Positions 36,691 to 46,300 are shown, counted from the stretch's first letter. The stretch is 52,943 bases of DNA from Fidelibacterota bacterium (GCA_022567655.1 JADFGO010000002.1:1-52943); one strand, 5' to 3'. The notes: generated by a model not told the origin, from the letters alone. A program made the numbers and translations.

Positions 36691-37472
36691 TGCCGGCAGA
36701 AGTACATCCTACGGCGATCATACATAAAAACGCTCTCTTGAATGACGGCGTGACTGTTGGTCCCTATACAATCATAGAAGATGATACTGTGTTAGGAGAA
36801 GGAACCGAAGTCGGTTCTCACGCGCTTATAGCGGCGGGTACCACTATCGGTAAAGAGTGCAGAATTTTCAACGGGGCGGTTCTCGGCTCTATCCCGCAAG
36901 ATTTAAAATATCACGGTGAGAAATCCACACTCGAGATCGGTGATCAAACAACAGTAAGAGAATTCGCCACTCTCAACAGGGGGACCGAGGCGTTAGGCAA
37001 AACCGTCATCGGAAGTAACTGCTTGATAATGGCTTATGTACACGTTGCACATGACTGCGTAATCGGAAACAAAGTAATCATCGCAAATTCGGTAAATATG
37101 GGCGGGCATGTTCTGATTGAGGACAATGTCACCGTAGGGGGGATGGTCCCTATACATCAATTCGTGAGGATCGGCACTTTTGCTTTTATAGGAGGGGGTT
37201 ACAGAGTACCAAAGGACGTTCCTCCATACGTACTGGCAGCCGGTGATCCGTTGGTTTACCGTACACTCAACCTTATAGGGCTTAAGCGAAACGGGATATC
37301 CGGTGAAGCGATAAAGGCGATTTCTAAAGCCTACAAACAGATATACGATAAGGACTCGACTCTCAATGAAGGGCTCTCCCACTTAAAGAGCAACGGAGAC
37401 CACATTCCTGAAGTACTGAAAACAATAGAATTTTTTGAGACTTCCTCGCGTGGCATCATCGGCGGCGAATAG
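36690..37472 (+). CDS. lpxA: Acyl-ACP--UDP-GlcNAc O-acyltransferase
   Basis: 260 aa with hexapeptide repeats and an LpxA C-terminal helical domain. Confidence 0.93.
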   Translation: MPAEVHPTAIIHKNALLNDGVTVGPYTIIEDDTVLGEGTEVGSHALIAAGTTIGKECRIFNGAVLGSIPQDLKYHGEKSTLEIGDQTTVREFATLNRGTEALGKTVIGSNCLIMAYVHVAHDCVIGNKVIIANSVNMGGHVLIEDNVTVGGMVPIHQFVRIGTFAFIGGGYRVPKDVPPYVLAAGDPLVYRTLNLIGLKRNGISGEAIKAISKAYKQIYDKDSTLNEGLSHLKSNGDHIPEVLKTIEFFETSSRGIIGGE

Positions 37473-38271
37473 CTGGAGTATACTGCTTACCGGAGTATCT
37501 TCAGGGGCGTACAACATGGCTCTTGATTATGCTCTGTCGGTATCGACAAACGGTCGATCTGTCCTCAGGTTGTATGAATGGAATCCCCGGTCTGTCTCGA
37601 TAGGTCATCATCAATCTTCAGGGACAGTGAATAAAAGTCTTTGCAGGGAGCTCGGAGTCGATTTTGTAAGAAGACCCACCGGCGGAAGAGCGATCCTTCA
37701 CTCGGAAGAAATTACGTACTCCGTTATAATACCGGGATCGGATTACGGTTTCGGAGAGCTATATCTGAAAGTTCATAGCGCAATTGGAAGAGCGGTGGCG
37801 CGGCTTGGAATAAACGTCGATCTTGTCAGGACAAGCCCGTTAAGGAACAGCATGAGTCCAAAATCCCGAAAGTCCGTCTGTTTTGTATCATCCGCAAAAA
37901 CCGAATTGGAGTTCAACGGAAAAAAGATAGTGGGCAGCGCCGGAAGGAGATACGGTAATGCCATTCTCCTGCACGGATCAATATTGCTCGGAGACGGGCA
38001 TAAAGCGCTCACGGATTTTCTCGATCTATCTGCTGCTCAAATGATCGAGATGAAAAAGGAGCTCTCTGACAAAACAACAAACCTTTCGGAAGCAGCCGGA
38101 AGAAAAGTTTCAGCATCAGAATTGATCAGCCCCATGCAGAAAGAATTTTCGGCTGAATTCGATACGGAATTAGAGGAAACAGCGTTGTCTGATGAACTGA
38201 ATTCACAGGTTGAGAGTTTAGAAAATCGATTTAACATGATGGCGCAAAGAGAAGAAGCAGAGGCAATATGA
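37435..38271 (+). CDS. Lipoate-protein ligase / octanoyltransferase family protein (BPL_LplA_LipB domain)
   Basis: RRPTGGRAILH and GKKIVGSAGRR (catalytic Lys). The start is uncertain: the TTG at 37435 and the GTG at 37450 both overlap the lpxA end. Confidence 0.75.
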   Translation: MRLPRVASSAANSWSILLTGVSSGAYNMALDYALSVSTNGRSVLRLYEWNPRSVSIGHHQSSGTVNKSLCRELGVDFVRRPTGGRAILHSEEITYSVIIPGSDYGFGELYLKVHSAIGRAVARLGINVDLVRTSPLRNSMSPKSRKSVCFVSSAKTELEFNGKKIVGSAGRRYGNAILLHGSILLGDGHKALTDFLDLSAAQMIEMKKELSDKTTNLSEAAGRKVSASELISPMQKEFSAEFDTELEETALSDELNSQVESLENRFNMMAQREEAEAI

Positions 38272-39011
38272 GGTGGCTGTGGATTCAACTGACACTCCTT
38301 GCCCTGTCTATTAATCAGCCGTTTGCGCAAGACCTCGATTTGAATTCATTGACTGACGCAGAATTTCGGACCAAGGCTGACCCACTTGCGAGAGCGCTGC
38401 CTCTTGCTATGGGTGGATTCTTCGCCGGAGATGCGAATTTTTTATCTTCCGGAGATTTTCGACTCAGTGTGAATATGGAATTCAACCTGCCCTCGGATGA
38501 GCTCGCCGTTGGTCCTCTGAGCGGAGTAAATCAATTTAGTCTGCCGATTTTTCAAGCGGCGATCGGGATAGACAAAAGGGCGGAGCTCTCAGGAAAATTT
38601 TCTGCCGTAAATATCGGAAACAGGAGCGTAATAATCACCGGCTACGGTTTGAGATTCAAAGCCGTTTCAAACGAAGAGAATGACAGGGGTTTAACATTCG
38701 GCGCAATGGTAACCGCGCTGAGAGGTCCTGAGGATTTTCGAATATTGGACATGACGGTTCAGATCGAGTATAACCGAGTGTGGAGTGCAAGGGCCTTCAA
38801 GGCGGCGCTGGGAACGGATTTTTCTGAGATGCGGATAAACGTCAAAGCAGAGGATAACCTTCTTACCGACCAGAAAGAGGATATAGCCCGAACACAAATT
38901 TGGTTAGGGATCGGGATGAGTCAGGATTTAGGAGGAATAGTTTTTTTATTTATTCAGCTGCAGCAGAGCAAAACCCAACGGATAAATCTGGGTTTGGGAA
39001 TCAGGTTGTAA
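38268..39011 (+). CDS. Hypothetical secreted / outer-membrane protein
   Basis: 247 aa with the signal peptide MRWLWIQLTLLALSINQPFAQ and alternating beta-strand-like sequence. It has an ATGA overlap with the upstream gene. Confidence 0.55.
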   Translation: MRWLWIQLTLLALSINQPFAQDLDLNSLTDAEFRTKADPLARALPLAMGGFFAGDANFLSSGDFRLSVNMEFNLPSDELAVGPLSGVNQFSLPIFQAAIGIDKRAELSGKFSAVNIGNRSVIITGYGLRFKAVSNEENDRGLTFGAMVTALRGPEDFRILDMTVQIEYNRVWSARAFKAALGTDFSEMRINVKAEDNLLTDQKEDIARTQIWLGIGMSQDLGGIVFLFIQLQQSKTQRINLGLGIRL

Positions 39012-39012
39012 C

Positions 39013-40161
39013 ATGTCGAAATCTATTTCCATCTTAGGATCGACGGGTTCAATAGGAGTTAACGCCTTGAAAGTCGCGGAGGGACTCGGAGAGGATATCA
39101 GTGTCCGCTATCTGGCGGCGGGAACGCAGTGGGAATTACTGGCGGAGCAGGCGGCACGATATCATGTTGATACCGTCGCTCTTGTCGACGAAACGGCGGC
39201 AGGAAAGTTAAAAGCTGCATTGGGAGATAAGGTCGAAGTGCTCTCCGGAAGAGATGGAGTGGCGGAATTGGCTTCCCGGGATGACGTCGACATAGTCCTG
39301 AATGCGATAGTCGGGAGCGCGGGACTGGTGCCTACCGTCAGGGCGGCGGAAGCGGGAAGAATAATCGCTCTCTCCAACAAGGAAAGCCTCGTAATGGGAG
39401 GCGCTCTGATCAGATCGATAATGAGGAATACGGGGGCGGAGATTTACCCTGTCGACAGCGAACATTCGGCGATCTGGCAGTGCCTGACGGGAGAAGACAT
39501 CAAGAGCGTAAAAAAACTTATCCTCACGGCTTCCGGAGGTCCGTTCAGAATGAAGCCGGCGGAAGAATTTGCTGCGATTACGGTCGCTGAAGCTTTAGCT
39601 CACCCGAACTGGAAAATGGGCAAAAAGATAACAATAGATTCAGCGACGCTGATGAACAAGGGATTAGAAGTGATCGAGGCATTCTGGCTTTTCGACATAC
39701 CGCACGAGAGAATTGATATTGTAATTCATCCTCAGTCGATTATACATTCAATGGTGGAATTCGAGGACGGATCGATAAAAGCGCAGCTCGGGCTGCCGGA
39801 CATGAAATTGCCTATTCAGTACGCTTTGACTTATCCGGCAAGGGCAGGCGTATCATGGGAACAGACAGATTTTCGGAAAGTGAAATCGTTGACTTTCGAG
39901 GAACCCGATTTCGAACGGTTTCCATGCCTTAAGTTGGCTTTCGAGGCGTTAGAGAGAGGCGGCTCCGCCCCGGCGATACTTAACGTAGCGAACGAAACGG
40001 CGGTAAATTTATTCCTTGAAGGGAAAATCGGTTTTACCGATATTGCAGTGGCGATAAAAAAGGCTCTCGATTCGACGGAGATAATAAACGAACCCTCATT
40101 AGAGGCGGTTCTTGAAATCGAAGAGAATATTACGAAAAAGGTACGGGATGATTGGAGTTAA
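39013..40161 (+). CDS. dxr: 1-deoxy-D-xylulose-5-phosphate reductoisomerase
   Basis: ILGSTGSIGVNAL, NKESLV and the DSEHSAIWQC motifs. Confidence 0.96.
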   Translation: MSKSISILGSTGSIGVNALKVAEGLGEDISVRYLAAGTQWELLAEQAARYHVDTVALVDETAAGKLKAALGDKVEVLSGRDGVAELASRDDVDIVLNAIVGSAGLVPTVRAAEAGRIIALSNKESLVMGGALIRSIMRNTGAEIYPVDSEHSAIWQCLTGEDIKSVKKLILTASGGPFRMKPAEEFAAITVAEALAHPNWKMGKKITIDSATLMNKGLEVIEAFWLFDIPHERIDIVIHPQSIIHSMVEFEDGSIKAQLGLPDMKLPIQYALTYPARAGVSWEQTDFRKVKSLTFEEPDFERFPCLKLAFEALERGGSAPAILNVANETAVNLFLEGKIGFTDIAVAIKKALDSTEIINEPSLEAVLEIEENITKKVRDDWS

Positions 40162-40179
40162 ACTGAATATGAGAAAAGA

Positions 40180-41238
40180 TTGATTACAACGATAATAGCA
40201 ACAGCGACGGTATTGGGGATACTTATCATCGTACATGAGTTAGGACATTTCTTGGCGGCAAAGACATCGGGAGTTCGAGTAGAGCGTTTTTCGATCGGAT
40301 TCTGGCCAAGGATGGCGGGTATCCAAATCGGAGAGACGGATTACTGTGTGTCATGGATACCGCTCGGCGGATACGTAAAACTCGCAGGGATGATAGACGA
40401 ATCGATGGAGGGAGATTCTATCAAAGGCGAGCCGTGGGAATTTATGTCTAAAAACGTGCTTCAAAAGCTCTTCATCATTTCAGCAGGTGTAACAATGAAC
40501 ATAATTCTCGCCGTTCTGATCTTTGCGGTTCTCACCTTTACGTACGGAATCGGTGAAGTTGACGAATCGACTGTTGTAACTCATGTCGTTGAAAGCTATC
40601 CGGCAGAGGGCGCAGGGATGCTGGCCGGTGATAAAATTCTTTCGATTGATGGAAACATGATGAACAGCTGGCAGGAATTGACCGAGTATATTCACTCGCG
40701 TCCGAACTCCGAGCTTGAGGTAACATGGCAGAGAGGCGAGGAGATCTTCAGCGAAAGGATTATATCCCGTTTGGAAAAAATCCCGGTGGACGGCTCCATC
40801 AAGAAACTTGGTATAATAGGCATAAGGCCCACGGTAAACGTCAGGGAAGCTCATTTATCGGAATCGATAGGCAGCGGGTTTATGCGGACCTATTTATGGG
40901 GTAAACTTACTCTCACTTCTATTAAAATGCTCATAACCGGAGAGGAATCGTTCCGGTCGGTCGGCGGTCCGATATTTATTGCTAAATTAGCGGGCGATTC
41001 TGCCCGGACAGGTCTGGACAGCCTCTTCAACCTCATAGCTATATTGAGCGTTAACCTTGCGATTTTGAACATACTGCCTATACCCGCTTTTGACGGCGGG
41101 CATTTAGTGGTGATACTGATTGAATGGGCAAAACGGGGTCCGCTGTCGGTAAAAACAAAGATGGCGGTTCAGCAGGTAGGCTTTGCGATCTTCCTTGTTT
41201 TGGCTGCGTTTGTGATTTATAACGATCTGTCGCGGTAA
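40180..41238 (+). CDS. rseP: RIP metalloprotease RseP (site-2 protease, M50)
   Basis: HELGHF, a PDZ domain and NILPIPAFDGG. TTG start. Confidence 0.92.
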   Translation: MITTIIATATVLGILIIVHELGHFLAAKTSGVRVERFSIGFWPRMAGIQIGETDYCVSWIPLGGYVKLAGMIDESMEGDSIKGEPWEFMSKNVLQKLFIISAGVTMNIILAVLIFAVLTFTYGIGEVDESTVVTHVVESYPAEGAGMLAGDKILSIDGNMMNSWQELTEYIHSRPNSELEVTWQRGEEIFSERIISRLEKIPVDGSIKKLGIIGIRPTVNVREAHLSESIGSGFMRTYLWGKLTLTSIKMLITGEESFRSVGGPIFIAKLAGDSARTGLDSLFNLIAILSVNLAILNILPIPAFDGGHLVVILIEWAKRGPLSVKTKMAVQQVGFAIFLVLAAFVIYNDLSR

Positions 41239-41277
41239 AGGTTTCTCCGAATATAATTAAGCAAGTTAGATTTTGTT

Positions 41278-41548
41278 GTGCGAGTTAGGGCTTGCCCTGA
41301 CCGCAATCCCTTACACACCCTCCCGAAATAGAATCGGGATAAACTTCCTCCGGAAGGAGTTCCTTCGGAACACCCCTCTTATTAGAGGAGAATAATCGGT
41401 ATTTTTTATTGGAAAACCACCCCTTGTGTTCCCCTCCTTGGGAAGGAGGGGATATGTAGGGACAACTCAAGAGTTGTCCACAGGTATTTACCCGCTTTTT
41501 TCCGGGCGATTCCCCGCTTTCTTCGGGGTAAACGTGAATCGCCCCTAC
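41278..41548. repeat. Intergenic hairpin-unit cluster 6
   Basis: It starts with GTGCGAGTTAGGGCTTGCCCTGAC and ends with the 45-nt two-hairpin unit at 41504-41548. It also contains AACCACCCCTTGTGTTCCCCTCCTTG..AAGGAGGGGA (also at 42243-42283). Confidence 0.9.
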
Positions 41549-41553
41549 AATAA

Positions 41554-42009
41554 CTAAATATTTTCGAACGTCTTGATAAGGATTTCCTTCAGCATTCTTC
41601 TTTCGCGGACTGAGAGTATCGATTCAAATTTATCTGTGACCTCCCGCTCTATTCGGGGGATCATCTTATCGGCGAGGTTCCTTCCCTTGTGAGTCAGATT
41701 TACCCTGTGGAAGCGTTTATCTTCCGGCGGGCTTTCGCGCGAAATGAATTCCTTTTCCAGCATTCTAAGGAGAACTCCGGACGTATTCCCTTTCGACCAC
41801 TGGAGTTTTTCCGTTATCCCCTTTTGAGTCAGCCCGTCGGGATTTACCCAGAGGAGCGCAAGAACCTCAAATTGAGGCGACGTGAGATTATATCTCTTGT
41901 AGGTATTGGCGAGTTTAGACTGCATCGCTGATTCGACGCGTGAGAGGTTTACCCACGCGAGCAGAGAATCGCTCACTTTTCTTCTTACCTGATTCTTTAG
42001 TAATTCCAT
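41554..42009 (-). CDS. MarR-family transcriptional regulator
   Basis: 151 aa with a winged-helix region (LTSPQFEVLALLW..GLTQKGITEKLQWSKGNTSGVLLRMLEKEFISR). Confidence 0.88.
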   Translation of the reverse strand: MELLKNQVRRKVSDSLLAWVNLSRVESAMQSKLANTYKRYNLTSPQFEVLALLWVNPDGLTQKGITEKLQWSKGNTSGVLLRMLEKEFISRESPPEDKRFHRVNLTHKGRNLADKMIPRIEREVTDKFESILSVRERRMLKEILIKTFENI

Positions 42010-42042
42010 AGTAGGATGTAGTTTAAGTATAAACTAAAATCC

Positions 42043-42088
42043 CGTTTTGTCAAGTAAAATTTCTTTTAATATCCCTGTTACATATTAT
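42043..42088 (+). repeat. 46-bp direct repeat, copy 1 (marR-proximal promoter region)
   Basis: CGTTTTGTCAAGTAAAATTTCTTTTAATATCCCTGTTACATATTAT matches 42555-42600 at 42/46 positions. It contains a TTGACA -35 for marR on the minus strand. Confidence 0.9.
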
Positions 42089-42098
42089 GAAAAATATA

Positions 42099-42547
42099 GT
42101 GCGAGTCGGGGCTTGCCCTGACCGGTGAACAGGTGAGTCAGCATCATCGAAATCCATGACTGTCGCAAAGAGCGTGAACGCCCTTCGAGTAATAATCGTT
42201 GATCATATAACCCAGCCATAAATGGCTGAGCTAAAGAAATGAGAACCACCCCTTGTGTTCCCCTCCTTGCGTAAGGAGGGGAAGATTTATCCCATCTTCG
42301 ATGTGGGATACGTAGGGGAGGGTTTATTAACCCTCCCGCGTTAGAGGGCAGGCCCGCCTGGCCAGCTCGGCATCGGTCTGACGGGCAAGAAGTCGGGCAG
42401 GTCACAGACCTGCCCCTACCTTGACACACCCCGTTCGGCTGAGCCGGATGACCGGCACTCTTAGGTGGCGCAGTCACCGAAGGTGCCTGCGTTATACTAT
42501 TGTGAAAAGATCGCAGGCATCACGTTGCGTCATGATGACTGCGCCAC
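42099..42547. repeat. Intergenic hairpin-unit cluster 7 (flanked by the 46-bp direct repeats)
   Basis: It starts with GTGCGAGTCGGGGCTTGCCCTGAC and ends with the inverted GTGG-headed doublet at 42465-42547. It shares more than 6 units with clusters 3, 4 and 6. Confidence 0.9.
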
Positions 42548-42554
42548 ATTATAG

Positions 42555-42600
42555 CGTTTTCTCAAGTAAAATTTCTTTTAATATCCCTGTTGCGTGTTAT
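42555..42600 (+). repeat. 46-bp direct repeat, copy 2 (yjbQ-proximal promoter region)
   Basis: CGTTTTCTCAAGTAAAATTTCTTTTAATATCCCTGTTGCGTGTTAT. Its 3' end supplies TTGCGT, followed by 17 nt and TAGATT upstream of yjbQ. Confidence 0.9.
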
Positions 42601-42647
42601 AAGACACAACGATAGATTAATGGGTTGAGAAATGTTGGAGGAGTTCA

Positions 42648-43067
42648 TTGAAATCTTTAACTGAAAAATTGGTGTTCAACGTACCAACGAGGCGGGACTA
42701 TATTAATATCACTCCGCAGGTAGAAGAACTTGTGGAACGCTCAGACGTAATGGAAGGTTTAGTACTCTGCAACGCCATGCACATAACGGCTTCGGTCTAT
42801 ATCAACGATGACGAATCGGGCTTGATCGAAGATTATGACGAATGGCTCGAGCAGCTTGCCCCCCACGAGCCGGTAAGCAAATACAGGCACAACAGAACGG
42901 GCGAAGATAATGCGGACGCACACCTTAAAAGGCAGATAATGGGTAGGGAAGTTACCGTTGCCATCACGGACGGTAAACTCGACCTCGGACCCTGGGAACA
43001 GATATTCTATGCGGAGTTCGACGGCAGACGGCAGAAAAGAGTAATGATCAAAATCATAGGGGAATAA
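42648..43067 (+). CDS. yjbQ: YjbQ/UPF0047 family protein (secondary thiamine-phosphate synthase family)
   Basis: 139 aa with [28 protein letters not shown] and a GPWEQIF pattern. Confidence 0.85.
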   Translation: MKSLTEKLVFNVPTRRDYINITPQVEELVERSDVMEGLVLCNAMHITASVYINDDESGLIEDYDEWLEQLAPHEPVSKYRHNRTGEDNADAHLKRQIMGREVTVAITDGKLDLGPWEQIFYAEFDGRRQKRVMIKIIGE

Positions 43068-43079
43068 ATTTAATTGACT

Positions 43080-43544
43080 ATGAATTTATATCTGGTCAGA
43101 CATGGAAAACCTGTTGCGGATTATGAATCCGGCGATCCCCCGTTAAGCCCCGAGGGAGAATCAGAGGTGGCGCTCGTAGCCTCAAAATTATCAGAAATGG
43201 ATGTTAACGTTGACGAGATATATCACAGCGGAAAGCTTCGTGCGGAGCAGACAGCAGGGATAATTCAGAAGTCTGTCGCGCCGGATGTTGAGCCGTCTTT
43301 CAGGGAGGGATTAAAGCCCAACGATCCCGTTGCCGGGATTGCCGATGATATGAATGCGGCAGAACAAAACACGATGCTGGTCGGGCACCTGCCTTTTATG
43401 GACAAGATAGCCGCATTTCTTTTAGATCGATCCCATGATAAATCGGGGCTCGCCTTCCGTACCGCAACCGTGGTATGTTTTGAACGGAGGGAAAATGATA
43501 AATGGGAGCTTCTGTGGACAGTTTCTCCTGATGATGCCGTTTAA
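43080..43544 (+). CDS. sixA: SixA-like phosphohistidine phosphatase (histidine phosphatase superfamily)
   Basis: MNLYLVRHG (RHG motif) and VGHLPFM. The ORF track starts 2 codons earlier, at the TTG at 43074. Confidence 0.75.
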   Translation: MNLYLVRHGKPVADYESGDPPLSPEGESEVALVASKLSEMDVNVDEIYHSGKLRAEQTAGIIQKSVAPDVEPSFREGLKPNDPVAGIADDMNAAEQNTMLVGHLPFMDKIAAFLLDRSHDKSGLAFRTATVVCFERRENDKWELLWTVSPDDAV

Positions 43545-43709
43545 TATTGATTTAACATAGCTTTCTGAAAATCAGCATCCGCTAAACTGTGAATTATTGA
43601 ACCGCCCGCCATGATATATTCCTTGACTCCCTGAATTCTTGAGAATAAGTTTTACTTTATTAGAGGCTGATTTTTAATTCCCAATATTTTAAATCTTTAG
43701 AGGAAGAGC

Positions 43710-45269
43710 ATGAAAGATAAGTACGACGTAGTAGTCATAGGAGCGGGTATCGGCGGACTCTCCGCGGCTGCCCTGACGGCAATGAACGGGAAGAGTGTCC
43801 TCGTTGTAGATCAGAGACCTTCTCCAGGAGGCGTATGCCACAGTTTTGAGCGTGAAGGGTACACATTCGACGTAGGACCTCACCTTCTATCGGGCTGCGG
43901 ACCTAACGGCGTGGTCACAAAACACTTAAGCGATCTCGGCGTTATAGACAGCGTTGAATTTCTTGATATAAATCCGCTGGCAAATTTGAGACTGCCGGAT
44001 TTCAATGTCGAGGTACCGCCCGACACGAACGGGTTCATCGAAAACCTATCCAAACTGTTTCCGGAAACTCGATCGGGCGTCGAGATGTTGTTCAGGGAGA
44101 TGCAGCAGACATATGAAGAGATGGGCGATCTGCCGTCAACTTTCAGCTTGTGGGAATTCCTGAAAGTCCCGGTTACCCATCCGGTGTTTATGAAATATCC
44201 GAGCCAGACTTACGACACTATGGCGGAAGATTTCGTCAGAGATGAAAAGGTGAACGCCGCCATTAGCGGGTTATGGTCATACTTCGGAATTCCCCCTTCG
44301 AAGATGTCCGCACTCTTCTGGGCGGCGGTTATGATGGGATACTTAAATGACGGAGGACATATCGCAAAAGGCGGCAGCGGAAAGCTGGGAGAAGCCTACG
44401 TCAAGGGACTAAATAAACATGGCGGTGAATTTCTTCCAAACCATCAGGTAGAGGAAATAATAGTCGAGAACGGTGAGGCTGTCGGAGTAAGGCTGCGATC
44501 TGTTCAGGGTCGTTGGGATGAAGTGGGAAAACATATCGGGAACGAAAAAAACGGGGATACATTCTCGGTCAGGGCTGATGCTGTTGTATCCAACGCGGAT
44601 GCTTTGACGACGTTCGAAGGCATGCTGCCCTCCGGATCCGTCAGCGAAAAATTTATCAATAAACTCGAGACTCAGGAAGAGACGCCTTCGCTATTTAAAA
44701 TAAGTCTCGGGGTGAAGATGGAGCTGCCTGATGATATGAGGTATCATGACACCGTGATATATGACTCATACGATATGGATGAGGTCTTCAAAAAAATGAA
44801 AGAGACGGTTCCCGACGCGCCGGTGGATATCACGATTCCGAGCCTTACTGACAGCTCGCTTGCACCCGAAGGGGGGCATGTGATTCATTTGTGGAACTAC
44901 GCTCCCTACATGGATGGAGATTCATGGGATTCAATGGCGAATGATGCAGCGGATAAGATGATAAAATCCACGGAAAAATATCTGCCCGGTTTGTCGGATT
45001 CCATCGAAGTTAAACTTATCATGACCCCCGCTTCTATACAGCGGTATGCGTTGACCAAAAACGGCGCACCGTACGGATGGACATTTTCTCCCGGGCAAAT
45101 GGGGATCAACAGGTTGCAGCCGAGGACACCGATTAAGAATCTGCTTCTTGCGGGTCATTGGACGACGCCGGGCGCGGGGATCGCGGGAGTGGCGATGTCG
45201 GGTGAAAACACTGCAACAATATTGTTAAACGAAACCAACAAACGATATTTCTGGAGAAAGAGCGCGTAG
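43710..45269 (+). CDS. Phytoene-desaturase-family FAD-dependent oxidoreductase (CrtI/CrtD-like)
   Basis: 519 aa with the dinucleotide-binding motif YDVVVIGAGIGGLSAAA and a C-terminal LLLAGHWTTPGAGIAG. Confidence 0.8.
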   Translation: MKDKYDVVVIGAGIGGLSAAALTAMNGKSVLVVDQRPSPGGVCHSFEREGYTFDVGPHLLSGCGPNGVVTKHLSDLGVIDSVEFLDINPLANLRLPDFNVEVPPDTNGFIENLSKLFPETRSGVEMLFREMQQTYEEMGDLPSTFSLWEFLKVPVTHPVFMKYPSQTYDTMAEDFVRDEKVNAAISGLWSYFGIPPSKMSALFWAAVMMGYLNDGGHIAKGGSGKLGEAYVKGLNKHGGEFLPNHQVEEIIVENGEAVGVRLRSVQGRWDEVGKHIGNEKNGDTFSVRADAVVSNADALTTFEGMLPSGSVSEKFINKLETQEETPSLFKISLGVKMELPDDMRYHDTVIYDSYDMDEVFKKMKETVPDAPVDITIPSLTDSSLAPEGGHVIHLWNYAPYMDGDSWDSMANDAADKMIKSTEKYLPGLSDSIEVKLIMTPASIQRYALTKNGAPYGWTFSPGQMGINRLQPRTPIKNLLLAGHWTTPGAGIAGVAMSGENTATILLNETNKRYFWRKSA

Positions 45270-45296
45270 ATCGCTCCCAAATATAGAGAGGAACTG

Positions 45297-46220
45297 ATGG
45301 AAACAAGCAAATTTAAATTATATCTCGGTGAAGTGAGGGCTCCGTTCTTTACCGCTACTATCATACCTGTGATATTAGGCTCGGTTATAGCATGGAGTTC
45401 GTTTGACACGTTCAGCTGGGGATATTTCTTTTTGACCCTCTTCGGGGCAATTCTTATTCAAGCCGGAGCGAACGTCGCAAATGATTATTGGGATCATCGT
45501 TCAGGGAATGACGAAGCGAATACAGAATTTCTCCGTCCCTACACCGGAGGTTCGAGAATGATCCAAAAAGGTCTGCTTGCTCCGAAAGAGGTACTGACAG
45601 AAGCTCTGCTTCTGTTGGCAGCCGGCAGCCTTATCGGTTTATTCCTGACTTACATGAAGGGGATGGAAATATTATACATGGGGTTATTCGGCGTGCTTTC
45701 CGGTTATTTCTATACGGCGCCTCCGTTTAAACTCGTCTTTCGAGGTATAGGGGAAATGTTCATCGGCATAGATTTCGGAATTTTACTGACTGTGGGTTCT
45801 TTCTATGTACAAACGGGGTATTTCGCCTTAGAACCGTTGGTCGCCTCACTTCCGATTGCTATGCTGGTTGCCGGTATTCTATATATCAACGAATTTCAGG
45901 ATTATAAGGCGGACAAGGAAGTCGGCAAAAATCATCTCGTTGCCCGAATGGGAAGAAAACGCGCGGCGGTCGGTTACGGATACATAATGTGGCTCACGTA
46001 CGTTTTTATAGTGATAGGCGTGATACTCGGTATGATCTCTCCGTGGACGCTGCTCGGCTTGATCACAATACCCATCGCCGTTAAGGCGGTCCGGACGGCT
46101 AAAGTACATTACGATGATTACCTAAAGCTGGCACCCGCAAACGTCGGCACTATAATGAGCCATCTCCTTACCGGGTTGATGATGACCATAGGCTATATGA
46201 TCGATAGGTGGGTATCGTAA
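45297..46220 (+). CDS. UbiA-family prenyltransferase (MenA-like Asp-rich motifs)
   Basis: 307-aa multi-pass protein with NVANDYWDHRSGND and YINEFQDYKADKEVGKNHLVARMG. Confidence 0.8.
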   Translation: METSKFKLYLGEVRAPFFTATIIPVILGSVIAWSSFDTFSWGYFFLTLFGAILIQAGANVANDYWDHRSGNDEANTEFLRPYTGGSRMIQKGLLAPKEVLTEALLLLAAGSLIGLFLTYMKGMEILYMGLFGVLSGYFYTAPPFKLVFRGIGEMFIGIDFGILLTVGSFYVQTGYFALEPLVASLPIAMLVAGILYINEFQDYKADKEVGKNHLVARMGRKRAAVGYGYIMWLTYVFIVIGVILGMISPWTLLGLITIPIAVKAVRTAKVHYDDYLKLAPANVGTIMSHLLTGLMMTIGYMIDRWVS

Positions 46221-46300
46221 TAAAACTTTGTTACGCCTGATTCAATGAATAGAATTCAAAGGCGTATGAGCGGTACACCCGGTTATCAGATCTGAATAAA

